Shown here in pieces: positions 53,714 to 64,000 of a stretch of 64,000 bases of DNA. Within the stretch, counting starts at the first letter, position 1, and each line of letters opens with the position of its first letter. The position numbers were made by a program, and so were the translations under genes. Source of the stretch: the human T2T-CHM13v2.0 reference genome, Homo sapiens; the NCBI RefSeq assembly GCF_009914755.1, contig NC_060940.1; one strand, 5' to 3'. A model generated the notes under the pieces. The model was given only the letters and a program-made list of their open reading frames with translations, was not told the origin of the DNA and searched no databases.

Positions 53714-54978
53714 TCATTCATTGTTGCCTAATCATGTCCTCAGTCAGTAGTTGATGTTCTGGGCTATTTGAATTTCCTCTGAATAATGATTAATGGAGAT
53801 AATGATGTTTGACCAGTTCTGGGAACTCTTGGGAATTAAAGGAATTAAACTCTTGGACATTAAACTTCACTTTAATGTGTATAGTTGTGGGTGCTGCCCC
53901 ATTGGAGAAGATTGTGACAGGAAGTTACACAGTTTTACAGCAAACTGCTGGGATTTTTTATTTTTTTTTCAGTAAATTATGATAACTGTAGCATTTTCCT
54001 TTGCAATAATGATAACCTAAGGCCTTGGTGTTTCCTCTAAAATGTACATAGATACAGGATGTGGGTTTGTTACAAAGTTGTATAACTATTGCCTTTTTGT
54101 GGCTGACCCCTTCCCTAGAGAACAACATGAAGAGACCTTGCTGCTGCTATGAAACCCAGACTCTAAGGACAACTTGGGGGACATTGGATATTTTTTCACA
54201 GATGTAGACATCAAGGAGTCAGTGGTTTGTGTATGCGTTGAGTGGAGAAGGCTGGCAAGCATTTGCTACCATGACTGTTAAAAATGTGCCTGTACATTTC
54301 TTTTTTTTTTTTTTTTGAGACAGGATCTCACTCTGTCACCCAGGCTGGAGTGCAGTGGTGTGTTTTTGGCTCAGTACAACCTCCACCATTGTGGGCTCAA
54401 GCAATCCTCCTGCCTAGGACTCCTGAGTAGCTGGGATGACAGGCATGTGCCACCACGCCCAGCTAATTTTTGTAGTTTTTTTGTAGAGACAGGGTTTTTG
54501 CCATGTTGCCCAGGCTGGTATACATTTCTTTATATAAGGAGGGGGCAAGTAACACAGTGTTATGCTACCAATCAGGCTTTCAGAGACCATAAAACAAAAT
54601 CTAAAAGGTACGCTCTTAGTAGTCATATCTGTGGAATGTAAGGAAGCCAGTTTAAGACCAATGTAATGCAGCATTTTCCCTTCACACATGAAACAGTGAG
54701 TTACTCGAGCACAAAGCATCAAATGCTTATTCCCCCCACAAGGCCATTCTTATCTTTCACCAAGTGTTTAGTCACTAGGCAGCCATCATCCTCCCTCCCT
54801 CTCTCCCTTCCTCCCTTACTTTCTTCCTTTCTTCCTTTTGCAGTGGCACAGTCATGGGCTCAAGTGATCCGCCTCAGCCTCGCGAGTAGCTGGGACCACA
54901 AGCACTCACCACCACATCCAGCTAGTTTTATTTTATTTTTAAAATTTTTTTGAAACAGAGTCCTGCTGTGTCACATAG

Positions 54979-55266
<288 letters not shown>

Positions 55267-56328
55267 TAGCAACAGAGATCTCCATATGTTACCCAGGCTG
55301 GTCTCAAACTCCTGGCCTCAGTGATCCTCCTGCTTCAGCCTCCCAAAGTGTTGGGATTACAGGCGTGAGCCACCGCGCCCAGCCCATTATTCTTATATCT
55401 GAGATTCACCTTTAATTGCCCTCTGTCATCAGCACTTTGAGAATGCCTCAATTTTGAGAATACCTTGTATTCTGGAAATCATTCATTCAGTCAACAAACC
55501 CTGACTGGTGTGTAATTGGGCAGTAGGAGGCCAAGATAAATGACCTGTAATCTGGAAAACAAACATATAAACATACACATACCATAACGAGATATGAGTG
55601 CTAGGATGGATCACAAAAGGCTTACTTAGGTAGCTCTGAATATAATATCAGGCCTACAATATTATCACTTATGTTGTTTTTTGGATCTTATTTTTAGAAG
55701 CAGCACAAGCTTTTTCTTGGAGGAAATATAGCAAGGAAGAGGGGAGCTGTTCTGACTGAAGCAGGGTATGGGAGGCCCACAGCCTTTCCTGCTTTGCCTC
55801 CTGTTCAAAGCCATCCTCCCTGCAGTTCACTGAGAAATGACTCCTTGGAGCTCCAAGGAAGTCCTACAGCTAGCTAGTAGCAGACCTGGTAGTAGAAGTT
55901 AGTTCTTCTGATTCTTAGCTTTCTTAGCAGTCAGGTACCAGACTGATAAATGAAAATCAAATTTCTCCCAGTTATATGTTCCATCCCACAAAGAAGTAAT
56001 AAACACATTTCTGTCAGGGGCTTCAGCCTGCCTGGATTTGTTACTGGGTTTGTTTTAAATGTTTAGCTTCCAGGCATCCAAATACATACAAAAAAGGTCT
56101 ATTCCCAGGAACATACTGTAACCCTTTTCATTGTCATTTGTGGGCAGTGCCAAGCTGCCTCTAATAGCTTCTTCTGTTTTTTTGGTGGAAATTCAGTTTC
56201 CTCAGAAATCTATATAAGGGATATTTGATAAAGGTGACTAACAATCTCGTCTCTGTAAATTGATGAAGGGATGAGAGGGGTATTAGACTCATGTCCTCTT
56301 TTGAATGCACACTGCTTTTGTGGTCCGG

Positions 56329-56586
56329 CAGGGTTTCTCAGCGTTAGTGCTGTTGACATTTTGGGCTAGATTGTTTGTGGTGGTGGGGTATGTGTGTGTG
56401 TGTGTGCGTGCGTGCAAGCACATTTGTGCGCTATAGGACATTGAGTAGTATCCCTGACCTCTACCCACTATTGTCAGTAGCACACTCCCGTCTTTCAGTT
56501 GTGACAACTAAATATGTCTGCAAACATTTCCACGTCTCCAAACATGTTCCTTGGGGGACAAGTTGGCCCCCAGTGGAGAAACACTG
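56329..56586 (+). mobile_element. MER20 (hAT-Charlie) with an internal (TG)/(CG) tract
   Basis: TIRs cagggtttctca / ggagaaacactg; internal ttgacattttgggc and cctctacccacta...gtgacaac signatures. Confidence 0.8.
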
Positions 56587-56840
56587 GATTGGAGATTGGT
56601 TGTCATGTGATAAAAATGCAAATCAGATTTGTCACAGGACAAAGTAAATTTTCAGTTACCTAATTAAACCTTTACTTTTTATAAGTCGCTCTAAAGAAAC
56701 AAAAGTGTGTCCTGTCTTCCATCCTGATTCTCGGTTACTGGAGGGCCCTTCACCTAAGTCATGTTCAGGATCTCCTTGAAGGAGTTAAACTAAAACAATA
56801 CAATATCTTCCCTTAGGTCTTTTGCAGAATTTATTTTGCT

Positions 56841-64000
<7,160 letters not shown>

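Noticed and set aside
54100-54240. Acceptor-like ctgaccccttccctag in a unique block of HMOX2 intron 1
   Set aside because: No convincing downstream donor; cannot support an exon from sequence alone.

Overview
Human (primate) genomic DNA that I recognise as the 16p13.3 DNAJA3-NMRAL1-HMOX2 locus. It is not microbial: there is no CRISPR array, operon, rRNA or tRNA. On the + strand lie DNAJA3 (TID1, mitochondrial Hsp40) exons 3-12 (2605 to about 21980), including the alternative exon 11 that gives the long and short C-termini. On the - strand lies the complete 900-nt NMRAL1 (HSCARG, 299 aa) CDS in five coding exons (39653 to 27316). Two CpG islands (about 39.5-40.3 kb and 41.8-42.6 kb) each appear to carry a divergent NMRAL1/HMOX2 first-exon pair. 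The rest of the window is HMOX2 intron 1; no HMOX2 coding exon is present. I count roughly 100 Alu copies or fragments by eye (close to half the window), plus L1, MLT1, MER21, MER2, MER20 and MIR relics. Almost all ORFs in the supplied track are Alu-derived or antisense artefacts. I do not see a wholly new biological system. The best leads are: (1) a five-unit minisatellite just past the NMRAL1 poly(A) signal that reads as alternating U1-like sites and G-runs in the RNA; (2) the interleaved double bidirectional promoter; (3) a pristine AluYa5 with TSD, a candidate polymorphic insertion; (4) candidate intronic polyadenylation, poison-exon and circRNA routes in DNAJA3; (5) several Alu rearrangement scars.
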